Shown here: piece after piece, positions 35,391 to 48,300 of the stretch
Layout of the letters: each line of letters opens with the position of its first letter
How positions within the stretch are numbered: position 1 is the first letter of the stretch
DNA from: Raja brachyura
Taxonomy: Eukaryota
Assembly: GCA_963514005.1 (NCBI GenBank)
Contig: OY740808.1
Span: forward strand, 18,042,001-18,106,000
DNA length: 64,000 nucleotides
Direction of reading: 5' to 3'
Made by a program: the position numbers and the translations under genes
Notes under the pieces: generated by a model
The model's database searches: none
What the model was told of the DNA's origin: nothing
The model's input: the letters and a program-made list of their open reading frames with translations, nothing else

Positions 35391-36590
35391 CTTCACTTTG
35401 ATATCAAAACAACCAAGTCTTTAACTCCCATAAACAGTGTGTGGTATATTTATTGATTCATTCACATCATGTTAAAACAGCGCGTTAAACCAGAGATATG
35501 TAGGAATTGGAGATTGATAAAACTTACTGTCATCGAGCAGCTAACAGATGTGGAGAAGGGCCACATTCTCCTCAAGGCTAAACACTGAATTTGCCCTGTT
35601 TTTAATCAAATATTTTGAACTGCAATTATGAAAGTTTTCAATTTTCACATTATCGCTGATAGTTTTTGTGACTTCCGGTGGGAAACGTGCTTCTCCGCTG
35701 ACTGACACTGCAGCATTATCACAATTACCTGTTGCAGATACATCCAACTGTCCAAATCTTTTGTCTATTCAAGTTTAGCTTGCCATTTGCTTTCATGCGT
35801 CCAGAAGTTCAGAATGACGTGTGGGGAAAATACACTAGGTCCAAGGCAGATTTTAAACATTTTTAATTCACCTTTTGTGCTTCTTTATTCTAGCATTCAA
35901 ATGTGTGCATCAAATCAGAATTGCCATTTGCAGTTTTATTCTTGCTTTTATTCATGAATCATCTGTAAGCATTGTTCAATTGTGAGAAATATCTTTTTGT
36001 TACAGAATAATTTAGTTTTTACAAATGTTGTAATACTGTGATCTGTCCTTTCAGTAATAAAATACAGACATTAACATCGTCTTTCTACTCTCTATCAACA
36101 GACACAAAGCATCAAAAGATGCACCAACTGCTGGCAATTGGGTAAAAACAGTGTTGGGGGATTATTCAGTCAGGTCAGTTGAATGAAAAGGGAAAAGATT
36201 GGGCCGGAGAGAGTGACTTTGGTTGATGGCATCCGAGGGTTTCTCACCACACAGGCACTTGCATTCCAAAGCTTGTGAAACCGTTGCAAACTATTTGGTC
36301 CCTGACTTGGTTGTATCAGGCAAAGTCGCGGCTGTAGGCGACAACAGCAGAGGTTTACCAGTTGAAAACTGAAAGCAGCAAATTTTGCAAGTCATTTTTT
36401 TGTTAAAAACTCTCCTTCCCACAGAGAGGGAATCCACTCTCACTTGCTGATCAGAGGCCAGGTTGTGCAATGTTTACATTCTGAAATTCTTAAAGTTGCA
36501 CTTGAAAGCCTTTATTAATCCCATTTCTTTGGACAATGCAGTGCATTGTCACCTGGATTTTTCTCCCAACTCTGACAACGAAAAACATTC

Positions 36591-36776
36591 TCAGCCGTTC
36601 TGGATTATTTCCAAGTCCTCACACTGCTGGTACATTGGTTCGGCTGCACCCTCCCAGAACTCCCTGGGCTTTGCATCCAGTTTTGCTCTGGGAAACTGAT
36701 GAATGGAGGTATCATTAAATACATCCATATATCTATTGCTGTCAGGGAATGCTGCCTCTTCGGTCACTGGCAATAT
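36591..36776 (-). CDS. SRRD: SRRD last exon ([11 protein letters not shown]...DLEIIQNG*)
   Basis: cacag acceptor; TGA at 36593-36591; AATAAA on minus at 36516-36511. Confidence 0.9.
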   Translation of the reverse strand: MLPVTEEAAFPDSNRYMDVFNDTSIHQFPRAKLDAKPREFWEGAAEPMYQQCEDLEIIQNG

Positions 36777-39700
36777 CTGTGCTGTGTGGTTAAGGTTTAA
36801 AACATCCAGGGCAGGTTTCTTGGTCATGCTTTGACAATAATGATGCATTCTTAACAGAAAATATAAACCATGTGCAAGATATTTCACTGCAAACCTAGAA
36901 CTGGAAACAATCCACAATGAAGGAGGCCATTGGCCCAGAGTGCTGCCTTGTCTAACCCAAATGCTCTGCAACTAGGTGTTTCAAATATTTATCTAATTAC
37001 ACCACAACCAGACTCAGTACTAAATCAGACACCATGATCCTCTCTTAACTCTATGGCTATTTCTCAGTAATAGTAAATGAGATTAGCTATTTCTTCTCCA
37101 ATGGCAAATGCTTCTCATTGTTGTTTAAATGAATAATCCAAAGTTCTGGAGGTACACAGTGGGTCAGGCAGCATCAGTGTCAGGAAATGGATGGATAACA
37201 TTTTGAGTTGGGACCTTCAGACAAAAAATTGTAGATTCCAGTATCTGCAGTCGCTGGTGCCTCTAACAATTGCTTTGTATCTGGGTAATATTCAAGCTGT
37301 ACTTTCTGAAATATTTCCCACATCATTCGTCGTAACTGGATGGGAATAATTCCGTGGGAGGATTATTCTTGTGTTGACGTTACTTACTACCAGTGTATTA
37401 TACAGTGGTAGATACTAAATGATTTACTTCAAGATGGACCTACATGTGCACCTCCTGGCCATCTATGACTGTACAGACCATTCTTCCTTCACCAAAATAC
37501 AATTTGTCATCAGTTACAGTGAAATAAGATCAATGTCAATAAATTTCTGCTTTAATAATCTTCTGTGCTCACTATGAAATCAGTGAAGGATACATAACTG
37601 ATGTACGTGTAGTCTCTGTGTAGTATCCTGGCTGGCGACCTGCAGTCCATTGAACAAACATTAATCCCAGCATTATTTTGATCATCTTCATTACCTTTTG
37701 CTCCAGAAATAAATGTAGCCCATAATGGTCGCCAGGGGGGTCACTTATCCACTGCAGCTACATTCCAGTTGAAGATTTATCAATCATTTCTCTTCTTAAT
37801 CCAAATTCTTCACGCGTTTCAAGTGGATCTACGATTTTTTATCGATCCCCACCTTTCAAATCCCACCTTCAACTTAACGTGAAGGATGAATAGTGTTTCC
37901 TTACCTCTCCTCTATCCCTTTAAAACTGTTTCCAATAAGAATGGTTTGGGCAAGTTGTTGTGGTGACCAGTTTCTCCACAGAAGGTTGTTATAGAGAGCC
38001 TTTCCACAATGAACCATATAGAAGAGGGTCGGTCGGTCGATGGGCCGCTTCCCTTCCTAATACATTTACAAAGGAAAAATCCATTCATGTTACAGGATCA
38101 ACAATATACTAATTTGCTATTTAAATTATTGTATTATTACATGCATTCAAAGGCTACTTAAAAAACTACATTTTCATTTTTGTCTGGCTTGAGCGAAATT
38201 GAAAAAGAGGCCACTCGCCTCATTTTCTGTGATCACCACCATCCCACAGTCCTTCAGGAAACTCTTCTCCCATTCTGTAAACAATGGATCAAAGAGAAGG
38301 CAGCTCACTCGAGGAATCTGATGGACACATGGAGGAAATATTGAGAACGTTATAGAAAGATTATCAACGATGTACCGCAACAAGTTTCGGACAGCACCCT
38401 GTTCTTGGTGATATCCATTGTCTGCACAGTGTTGGTGGGCTGCTGCACTGTGATAATTACAGGGGTACGCATTCTGTTCCCCCAGTTCTCGGGGAACCCG
38501 CAGCTCAAGCCCTCTTCCTTCAAAGGTTATTTTATTGGTCACATACACCAATTGGTGTAGTGAAATGCTTCTTGCCAATGCAGCACAGAAAAAAAAAATA
38601 CAGACGTAGCAATGATAAAGAGATTTAAACATAAAAAACATCCCTCCACAATGGTTCCCATTATGAGGGAAGGCACAACGTCCAGTCCCCATCCCATGTC
38701 CACCCATAGTCGGGCCCATTGAGGCCTCCGCAGTCCCCGCCATGGAGGCTCGATGTTCCAGGCCGTTCTCGCCGGGTGATGGTGCTCCGGCGTCGGGAGA
38801 GCCCTCTCAGCGGCTTGGGGCACCTGGAACAGCCGCTTCCTTACTGGGGACCGCGGCTTCCGAAGCCAACAAGGCCGCGCCGGATGGAGCTGCCCCACTG
38901 GCTCCCGATGTAAAGTTCAGCGCCGCCGCCCACAGCTGGCCGGTCCACAGACCCGCAGATCCGCGATGTTTTTTGTCGGCGGTCTTCAGTTCACCGGAGT
39001 TCCAGCGCAGCGACCTAGGCAAGGCATCACCCGCTCCACTCCGCAATAGCTGCTCCGCCGCCGAAGCCGAGGTTCCAGCCGGTCCCATGAGGAAACGCCG
39101 CACCAGGCCCGCTGGTAGGACGCGAGGACGGGTCGAAGATGCAGCCCGGAGAAAAGCTGCCTCTCCGTCCAGGTAGGGACCAGGAGAAGCAGTTTCCCCC
39201 TTTCCCCCCCTCCCCCCTCACATAAAAATGAATAGACTCCAAACAAAACACTTTTTACACACTAAAAATAAAAGAAAGAAGTTAAAAGACAGACAGCTGC
39301 AGGCTGGGCAGCCATACTAACTGGACGGCGCCCCCTAGAGTTTAACGGAGGACATTGAAGGGAGAGGCACACACCTACTGCCAACTGTAAATGTTTTAAT
39401 CATTGACCCACGTATAAAACAAAAGATGAGCTGATATTCCCATCTAGTATTTCAGGATCAGAAGCTGGATTCCAAACAAAACTACCACTGAACTCTCCCG
39501 AAGAAAAGTTCTTGGTTTGATGTCTTTCCCCTGCATCTTGAAACATAGCTCTGATTTGAACGCAAGAGTTAACATGTACATCACCCCAATGACTTGAACA
39601 TTTTTTTAAAAGCACAATATTGGAAGTTCTATTCATAACTTTATCCATAGACATATATTGTTATAAATGTGGCCATCCGTCAGTGACTAGTTTCCACACA

Positions 39701-41361
39701 AATACTGGGCAACAGATTTACTTGTCTTGCTCCACCTTTGGCATCTTGCCATCCTTACCTGTAGAGTCTCGAGCAGCAGAAAGAGCAGGGCCAACTGATA
39801 GCGAGATGCAACCGAATCGGAAAAGTTTCCAATGCCGTAACATACTAAGTCGAGTGTGGTTTGATGAAGATCTATATCATCCTCCTGATCCTCCAGGACT
39901 TTGGCAGCTCCAACATCTGGTGAGCGACTTGACGCTGGTGCCTTTGGTGTGGTGTGATATTTGTTTACCGCTCTCCGGACTGTTTCTGAAATCAAGTGCG
40001 ACAGTCACCATGATGCAAGCATGGTTAAATTATCAAAAACATTGATAGTCTTACAACTCACCACGGCAAATGGTCCAGAATTCTGAACTCCGCAACTCCT
40101 CTCTGAAACAAAGTTCAATAGTTTGATTGCATTGGAAGCTTTGATTATTTTAGTGATTGGCATCTTCAAAGGCAAGGCCAATGATGAGAAGTTCCACTCT
40201 CCATATCTCTGATCTCCATGAGTGTTAAATATAAACGTTTGGAAAGGATTTGGTAATTATGGATTGATTGAACGATACAGCATGGAGACAGGCCGTTTGG
40301 CCCACCGACTGCACATCGTCGATCACCCTTTTACAATAGTTCTACGTAATGCTACTTTCTCGTCCACTCCTATACACTAGAGGCAATTTACAATGGCCAA
40401 TTAACCTACAAAACTCACACATCTGTGGAACGTAGGAGGAAGCCCACATGGTCACAGCGAGAACATGCAAACTCCACTTGCACAGCACTTGAGGTCAGGT
40501 TTGAACCCGTGTGTCTGGCACTGTGGTTCTACCAGGTACTCCACTATGCTGCCCAAAGTTCAGCATCATCTCCCTGCTATTGTATTTATTGCCCTGCCCT
40601 GGCAGAATCCTACAGCCTTCATAACCACTTTGTCCACTTCCACCCCCAACTTTCTGAGGATCATTGGACTTGTAACCAAAGATCATGGAGCTCTATGATC
40701 TTTGCTTGTAACTAAGGTACCTCTGTTCCCACCCCTAACTTCCTACCACTTGTTCAAGAGAGTTTATTGTCATGTGGGACAATGAAATTCTTGCATTGCT
40801 TTAGCACACCAGAACATATTAGGCACGAATGTGGGGTATGTCATAGCCCCATAGTCCCAAAATAAATCACCTCACATCCATCAGGATTAAACTCCATCTG
40901 ACATTGCCAAGGCCATTTCACCAACACATGGCGTTTCCTCCATAATTTTTTTGCGTTGTGTTTTAAATGCCACTACTTGCTTTGCTTCCAGAGCCCTGTG
41001 GAGGATGGGCTTCACAGAGACTCACTGGTGTGCAGGTTGCCCTTTGCTGCGGTGTGTGGGTCTGGATGGATGCCCCGCACTGAGTGATGTGTCTACCAGA
41101 GATCCCACATAGTGCTGCCCTGGGGCCCCCCTCCTGTGGGCACCGGACAGGGGCTCCCTCCCGAGATACGCCCAGGCCCGGCTCCAACCCCGGCCCTCCC
41201 CGGACTGACAGACTGACTTACACCGTGTCCCGCAGCCTGTGCCGGACCCTGTCCCCCTCACACACGCCTGGCCGTTCGGCCGGACGCCCACCGGCCTGTC
41301 TCCGCTTCGCCCTCTGCCTGCCGACCGTTTCCCAGCCTCCGTATGCCGGGCCGGCCGCCAT
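36591..41361 (-). CDS. SRRD: SRR1-like protein (SRR1 domain containing), 7 coding exons, 296 aa
   Basis: Minus-strand exons 41361-41222, 40102-40062, 39985-39759, 38317-38219, 38056-37905, 37639-37594, 36776-36591 (891 nt, in frame). Motifs [77 protein letters not shown]. Confidence 0.92.
37594..37639 (-). CDS. SRRD: SRRD exon 6 ([15 protein letters not shown])
   Basis: ctgcag acceptor, gtatcc donor; ARIL...Y.YI motif; phase fits. Confidence 0.82.
37905..38056 (-). CDS. SRRD: SRRD exon 5 ([30 protein letters not shown]...IGNSF)
   Basis: attag acceptor, gtaagg donor; core SRR1 motif. Confidence 0.92.
38219..38317 (-). CDS. SRRD: SRRD exon 4 ([17 protein letters not shown]...TENE), GC donor
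   Basis: catcag acceptor; GAG|gcgagt donor. Confidence 0.88.
38523..39341 (-). mobile_element. GC-rich non-autonomous retroposon (unclassified) in SRRD intron 3
   Basis: CpG-rich body; 5' end agggggcgc...atggctgcc...tttttagtgtg resembles 19161-19260; 3' tail tgtgaccaataaa; internal segment shared with 27838-27897. Confidence 0.6.
39759..39985 (-). CDS. SRRD: SRRD exon 3 (...[29 protein letters not shown])
   Basis: within ORF 39687-39995; gtaagg donor. Confidence 0.9.
40062..40102 (-). CDS. SRRD: SRRD exon 2 ([13 protein letters not shown])
   Basis: tttcag acceptor, gtgagt donor; S.FW motif. Confidence 0.82.
40263..40555 (-). mobile_element. Degenerate HE1-type SINE
   Basis: ccaattaacctacaaa core and gatacagcatggagacaggcc tail shared with other copies. 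Confidence 0.7.
41222..41361 (-). CDS. SRRD: SRRD exon 1 ([21 protein letters not shown]...)
   Basis: ATG at 41361 in gggATGg context inside the CpG island; gtaagt donor; phase fits exon 2. Confidence 0.8.
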
Positions 41362-41726
41362 CCCGGGCTCGGCCCCAGCAAAGATGCTCCTCTAGTATCT
41401 CTGCCGCCGAGTGTCCCCGGGTAACGCTCCCCTCGCACTCCCACTCCCACACCCACCTTGCGGGCGGAACCTTCGGCCGCGCTCCTTGTTTCCGCCGGTG
41501 GCAGCGGCGCGCCGGGCCCGGCACTGGCAAGATGGCGGGCGGGGTGTAGGGAGCGGGCGGCGCGGAGACAGCGAGCACCGGCCCAGCGTTACTCCCCTCG
41601 CCCTCGGTTCCCGCGTTGCCGAGGGCGTTGTTCACTCACTGACACCGTTGATCGTCTATCGGGCTCAGAGCCCGCACCAACGCCGGTGAGTGCGGCTGTT
41701 CCCGGGCCCCGCGATCCCCGCCCCTG

Positions 41727-42062
41727 GTCCCCGTCCCCCTGTCCGTCCCCGTCCCCCCGCCGCCCCGTTACCGTCCCCGTCCCCCCGTTACCGTCCCCGT
41801 CCCCCCGCCGCCCCGTTACCGTCCCCGTCCCCCCCGCCGCCCCGTTACCGTCCCCGTCCCCCCCGCCGCCCCGTTACCGTCCCCGTCCCCCCCGCCGCCC
41901 CGTTACCGTCCCCGTCCCCCCGCCGCCCCGTTACCGTCCCCCCCGCCGCCCCGTTACTGTCCCCGTCCCCCCCGCCGCCCCGTTACTGTCCCCGTCCCCC
42001 CGCCGCCCCGTTACCGTCCCCGTCCCCCCCGCCGCCCCGTCCCCGTCCCCGTCCCCCCGCCG
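41727..42062. repeat. C-rich minisatellite, ~28-29 bp unit CCCCGTTACCGTCCCCGTCCCCCCGCCG, ~10 copies
   Basis: Directly visible tandem units with C-run length variants. Confidence 0.95.
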
Positions 42063-42112
42063 AGCCGCCCTCTCCCCTCCGCTCTGTTCACCGAATCTCA
42101 CCCTCAGGCACG

Positions 42113-42312
42113 ATGTCGATGGCACATCTGTACGGGAAGGACGGCACCGACGATGAGGTGGAGATGGAACGATTTGAGATCTCGGACTGGGACCTGGAAA
42201 ATGAGTTCAATCCGGACCGTGTCCGCCACCGGCAGACAAAGGAGGATGCGATCTACGGCATGTGGGCCGAGAACGACTCTGACGACGAGAGACCCAGTTT
42301 TGGGGGGAAACG
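42113..42312 (+). CDS. TFIP11: TFIP11 first coding exon (exon starts 42108)
   Basis: ccctcag|gcacgATG; MSMAHLYG...PSFGGKR; CG|gtaatt donor. Confidence 0.93.
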
Positions 42313-45300
42313 GTAATTTTGCGATTCGTGACTTTTACCTCTCAGCACCTGGCTTGCTTTTCCTCCATAACCTTTCGGTCCTATGGAAGCTGAATCTGGA
42401 TGTTGAGCAAAACACACAGTGCTAGATGAACTCACATCGGGATGGACAGGCGATGTTTCAAGACAGGGACCCACCATTTCTTGATTTTGTTGTATGGATA
42501 CATGCCTGCTGCCAGCTTGGCATCCCAATCGATGACCACTGGTCAACTACAGCCTAAACCAGGCCCTTTGGCCCACAATACCTGTGCCGAAACATGGTAC
42601 CATGGTCATTGCTTATCGATCTGCTTGTAACCCATATCCCACCATTCCCTGCATATCCATATGGTTATCCAAAAATCCCTTAAATGCCACTATCATATCT
42701 GCCTCAACCACCACCCACCACAACTTGTTCCAGGCACTCGCCGCCCCATGTGTAAACAAAACTTTATCCTTCTCACCTTAAATTTTTTTCTTTAAACTTT
42801 ATCCTTCTCACCTTAAAATTAAGCTCTCTAGAATTAGATTTTTCCAACCTGGGAAATAGGTTCTGACTGTTTACCTTGCCTTATCATAATTTTATATACC
42901 TCTACAATCTCCAGTGTTCCAGAGAAAACAAGCCAAGTCTATCCAACCTCTCCCTCTAACTAATAGCCTGTAACTATAACAGAGGGTATTTGTATAGGTG
43001 GTAGAAACACAAATGCAAATGCTGGTTAATATACAGAAGCAGACAAAGTGCTGGAATAACTCAGCTGGTCAGGCAGCATCTCTGGAGAACATGGATAGCT
43101 GACATTTCAGGTCAAGACCCTTCTTCAGACTGGCAGTTTGGACTGGGCCTGGAATGCAGGTGAGTTGGCGGCCCAGACCTGCTGACGGCTGGGATCAGCT
43201 GAGTCAATGGTTGCAGCCCGTGGGCGGCCGGAGAGTAGGTAAGGGGTGGCGGTGGCAGGTGTGGCCTGGAAGTGTCCAAGGAAGCCACCAGCAAGCCGGG
43301 GGTGGCGTGGGCAGCCGTCTATAGGTCAGTCCACTATAACCAAAATTCATTATCAAGAGGTTTGTTAAAGTGAGAGTTTACTGTATCCAGCGCAATAGAC
43401 AATAGATGCAGGAGTAGGCCATACGGCGCTTCAAGCCAGCACCGCCATTCAATGTGATGATGGCTGATCAGCCACAATTAGTACCCTATTCCTGCCTTCT
43501 CCCCATATCCCCTGACTCCGCTGTCTTCAAGAGCCCTATCTAACTCTCTGTTGAAAGTTTCCAGGGAACCGTCCTCCATCGCCCTCTGAGGCAGAGAATT
43601 TCACAGACTCACAACTCTCTGTGTGAAAAAGTGTTTCCTCATCTCCGTTCTAAATGGCTTACCCCTTATTCTTAAACTGTGGCCCCTGGTTCTGGACTCC
43701 CCCAACATCGGGAACATGTTTCCTGCCTCTAGCGTGTACAAACCCTTAATAATCTTATATGTTTCAATAAGAACCCCTCTCATCCTTCTAAACTCCAGAG
43801 TGTACAAGCTCAACCGCTCCATTCTCTCAGCATATGACAGTCCCACCATCCCGGGAATTAACCTTGTGAACCTACTCTGCACTCCCTCAATAGCAGGAAT
43901 GTCCTTCCTCAAATTTGGAGACCAAAACTACACACAATATTCCAGGTGTGGTCTCATTAGGGCCCTGTACAACTGCAGAAGGACCTCTTTGCTTCTTTTC
44001 TCAACTGCTCTTGTTATAAAGGCCAACATGCCATTCGCTTTCTTCACTGCCTGCTGTACCTGCATGCTTACTTTCAGTGACTGATGAACAAGGACCCCCA
44101 GATCGCATTGTACTTCCCCTTTTCCCAACTTGACACCATTTAGATAATAATCTTCCTTCCTGTTTTTGCTACCAAAGTAGATAACCTCATGTTTATCCAC
44201 ATTTAACTGCATCTGCCATGCATCTACCCACTCACCCAACCTGTCCAAGTCATGCTGCATTCTCATAGCATCCTCCTCACAGTTCATACTGCCACCCAGC
44301 TTTGTGTCATCAGCAAATTTGCGAATGTTATTTGTAATCCCTTCATCTAAATCATTAATATATATTGTAAATAGCTGCGGTCCCAGCACCGAGCCTTGCG
44401 ATACCACACTAGTCACTGCCTACCATTCTGAAAGGGACCCGTTAATCCCTACTCCTTGTTTACTGTCTGCCAATCAATTTTCTATCTAAGTCAGCACTCT
44501 ACCCCCAATACCATGTACCCTAATTTTGCCCACTAATCTCCTATGTGGGACCTTATCAAATGCTTTCTGAAAGTCCAGATACACTACATCCACTGGCTCT
44601 CCCTTGTCCGTTTTCCTAGTTACATCCTCAAAAAACTCCAGAAGATTAGTCAAGCATGATTTCCCCTTCGTAAATCCATGCTGACTCGGACCGATCCTGT
44701 TACTGTTATCCAAATGTGCCGCTATTTCATCTTTTATGATTGACTCCATCATCTTCCCCACCACCGACGTCAGGCTAACTGGTCTATAATTCCCTGTTTT
44801 CTCTCTTCCCCCCTTTCTTAAAAAGTGGGATAACATTAGCTACCCTCCAATCCACAGGAACTAATTCTGAGTCTATAGAACATTGGAAAATGATGAACAA
44901 TACGTCCACGATTTCTAGAGCCAATTCCTTAAGTACCCTGGTATGCAGACCATCAGGCCCTGGGGATTTATCAGCCTTCAGTCCCATCAGTCTACCCAAC
45001 ACCATTTCCTGCCTAACATGAATTTCCTTCAGTTCTTCCATCACCCCAGATCCTCTGGCTAGTACATCAGGAAGATTGTTTGTGTCCTCCTTAGTGAAGA
45101 CAGATCCAAAGTACCTGTTCAACTCATCTGCCATTTCCTTGGTCCCCATAATAAATTCACCCTTTTTTTCCTTCACAAAGAAGCTTTTACTATCCTCCTT
45201 TATATTCTTGGCTAGCTTACCTTCGCACCTCGTCTTTTCTCCCCGTATTGCCTTTTTACTTATCTTCTGTTGCTCTTTAAACGTTACCCAAATCCTCTGG

Positions 45301-48300
45301 CTTCCCGCTCATCTTTGCTATGTTGTTGTTCTTCTCTATTATTTTTATACTGTCCCTGACTTCCCTTGTCAGCCACGGTCGCCCCGTACTCCCCTTGGAA
45401 TCTTTCTTCCTCTTTGGAATGAACTGATCCTGCACCTTCTGTATTATTCCCAGAAATACCTGCCATTGTTGTTCCACTCTCATCCCTGCTGGGGTATCTT
45501 TCCAGTCAAATTTGGCCAGCTCCTCATGGCTCCATAGTACCCTTTGTTCAACTGTAATACTGACATCTCCGATTTACCCTTCTCCCTCTCAAATTGTAGA
45601 TTATAAAGTGTCCAGAGAGGAAACTAATAATTTCGCTGATCAATAATCCTACGAAACACCTGCAATTACACCTCTGCTCATTAGTCAAATATACAGTAGC
45701 TTTAATCATTGGGAGAAAGGCAGAACTTGTGTGGAACCTTCAGGTTTGTGTGTATTTGATGTTCCCCTCTGTCCCCACTTCCAGCAGTTACTCAACAGTA
45801 CGTTGACGTTAACAATTGCGGTTAGCTTGTAATGGCTCTGATTTGAAATTTGTGCTCATCATAGCTCCAAAGATTACACGGCTCCGGTGAACTTCATCAG
45901 CGCTGGACTCCGTCGAACAACAGACGAGGAAAATGAAAAAGAGAAGGATTCCGATGAATCTGATGAAGAGAAGGTTAAAAGAGAAGAATTTCAAAAAGAG
46001 TTTGCGCCACAGAAATTGAAAACTGTAAGTGTTTGCCAATGCAGGGGTGTTGTCTGTGGACGGGATCTGGTTCCTGTTGAAGCATATGGTCCATACCAAG
46101 GTGCTGCCACTCAAGTCAAAGTCAAAAGAGTTTATTGTCATGTGTCCCTGACAGGACAATGAAATTTTTTCTTTGCTTCAGCACAACAGAACATAGTAGG
46201 CATTGACTCCAAAACAGATCAGTGTGTCCATATACCATTATATACGTAAATACACACATGAATAAATAAATTGATAAAGTGCAAATAACAGATAAAGAGG
46301 TATTATCTATGACTGGACTTGTATTTACCTTTCATGGCTTCAGGAGAAACCAGAGCATTGTAGAAACAAGGAACTGCAGATGCTTGTTTATATCAAAGAT
46401 AGACACAAAGTGCTGGTGCAACTCAGCGGATCAGGCAGCATCTCTGAGGAGAAAGGATGGATAACGTTTTGGGTCGAGAGACTTCAGATGCTTCCAAACT
46501 GAAACGTCGCCCATCCTTTTTCTCCAGTGATGCCGCTGGCCCACTGAGCACTTAGTGACTATGTTGGAGATAAACCAGACCATTGTTTAACGACCAGTTA
46601 AGTAGATTTTGAAATGTCTTTTGAAGAATCTACAGTTACACCTTTGTAAAGTGGCAGTAAAGCTTCATGCAGAAAGCTGGATAAACTGTGTAGGAAAGAA
46701 CTGCAGAAGCTGGTTTAAATCAAAGGTAGACACAAATTGCTGGAGTAGCTCAGCGGGACAGGCAGCATCTCTGGAGAGTAAGAATGGGTGACGTTTCGGG
46801 CGAAACCCTTCAGACTGATGTCAGGGGAGTGGACGGGACAGATAGAATGTAGTCAGAGACAGTAACACTGGTGGGAGAGCTGGGAAAGGGAAGGGGATGG
46901 AGAGAAAGGGAAAGCAAGGGCTATTTGAAGTTAGAGAAGTCAATGTTCATACCGTTGGGGTGTAAGCTACCCAAGCGAAATATGAGGTGCTGTTCCTCCA
47001 ATTTGCGCTGGGCATCACTCTGACAATGGAGGAGGCCCAGGACAGAAAGGTCAGATTGGTAATGGGAGGGGGAGTTAAAGTGCTGAGCAACCGGGAGATC
47101 AGGTAGGTGAAGGCAGACTGAGCAGATGTGTTCAGCGAGAAATATCACCAAGCCTGCGCTTGGTCTCGCCGATGTACAGAAGTTGACACCTGGAACAGCA
47201 GATACAGTAGATGAGGTTGGAGGAGGTGCAAGTGAACCTCTGCCTCACCTGAAAAGACTTGGATGGAGTCGAGGCGGGAGGTAAAGGGACAGGTGTTGCA
47301 TCTCCTGCGGTTACAGGGGAAAGTACCTGGGGAGAGGGTGGTTTGGGTGGGAAACAACGAGTTGACCAGGGAGTTGCTGAGGGATAAACTGTTAGTTGAA
47401 TGATAAAATGCTCTGTTTGAGGCTTTGTTTTGAGGTGAAAGGAGGCATGGACGTGGAACTGGCTGAGAAATCAGCACCAGAATAGTGGCAGACACTTGTC
47501 ACCAAGCTGAGGGCAAATATAAACGTTACCTAGGGATTGATGGAGGACTATCCCTCGTAATTAACAATCATTAACAAATTAATAGTATAAGCTAACAATG
47601 TCAAACTGTGGATAATACTTAGATAGTGAACGACATTGGTCCCTCGGGGATTGTTTACTTCCTTCCAGCCAGTTCTTAATCCAACATGATGTTATCTTTA
47701 TTACTGAAGGATTTAGTTTGTAAAGGAGTCTTTGTGTTATATTTTACCAAAGGGATTTTAGAATTCTAAGCCAGTTGTTGCTACCAGGTTTATATCTGCA
47801 CAATCTTCGTTACTCTGTCCACCAAGTAATGATTCTGTATCCGCAGGGTGGCTTTTTCAAATCTCATTCGAAAGGATTCACAGGAGGATTTCGGACAAAC
47901 CAGGAAATCGGCACCTGGGAAAAACACACAAAAGGGATTGGACAGAAGCTGTTACAGAAGATGGGTTACGTGCCTGGGAGAGGTCTTGGAAAGAATGCCC
48001 AAGGTAATGGCATTGATAGCATTGACTTTGTCAGTGAGAATCACCTTGCCTCGCTTTGTGCTGAAGTGCTGGTCTTCCCGTGAAACTGGTATTACATTGA
48101 ACAGTTTTGGAGTGGAACGTTTAGCATCAGCTGAAGACCGGTTCAGACATGACTCATTATTTAGTACTCCAGATAAGATACTGGCAACAGGATTGACATT
48201 TGAATTTCCAGGCAACATGGTTTGCAACTTGTCACCCATGTGTAAGGCCAGTAGTGATAATAAACTTGTGCATAGGTTCAGAGATTGCTCTCTAGGAATT

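Larger units (their letters stand above)
41130..42320. promoter_or_regulatory. CpG island / putative bidirectional promoter of SRRD and TFIP11, with a TFIP11 non-coding first exon ending at 41685
   Basis: Dense CpG and GC-rich sequence with GGGCGG boxes; divergent start codons at 41361 (-) and 42113 (+); donor cgccg|gtgagt at 41685/41686 pairs with acceptor at 42107. Confidence 0.75.

Noticed and set aside
36777-36894. In-frame upstream extension of the SRRD last exon ([10 protein letters not shown]...)
   Set aside because: A better-matching exon 6 ([15 protein letters not shown]) exists at 37594-37639; the extension lacks SRR1 similarity
38539-39251. Several overlapping 60-145 aa ORFs
   Set aside because: GC-rich retroposon body with few stop codons; no recognisable domain
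41727-42062. Regularly spaced repeats resembling a CRISPR array
   Set aside because: Head-to-tail units without unique spacers in a vertebrate genome
41458-42156. Long proline-rich ORFs, one in frame with TFIP11
   Set aside because: Non-ATG starts running through the minisatellite, which lies in a GT-AG intron (41686-42107)
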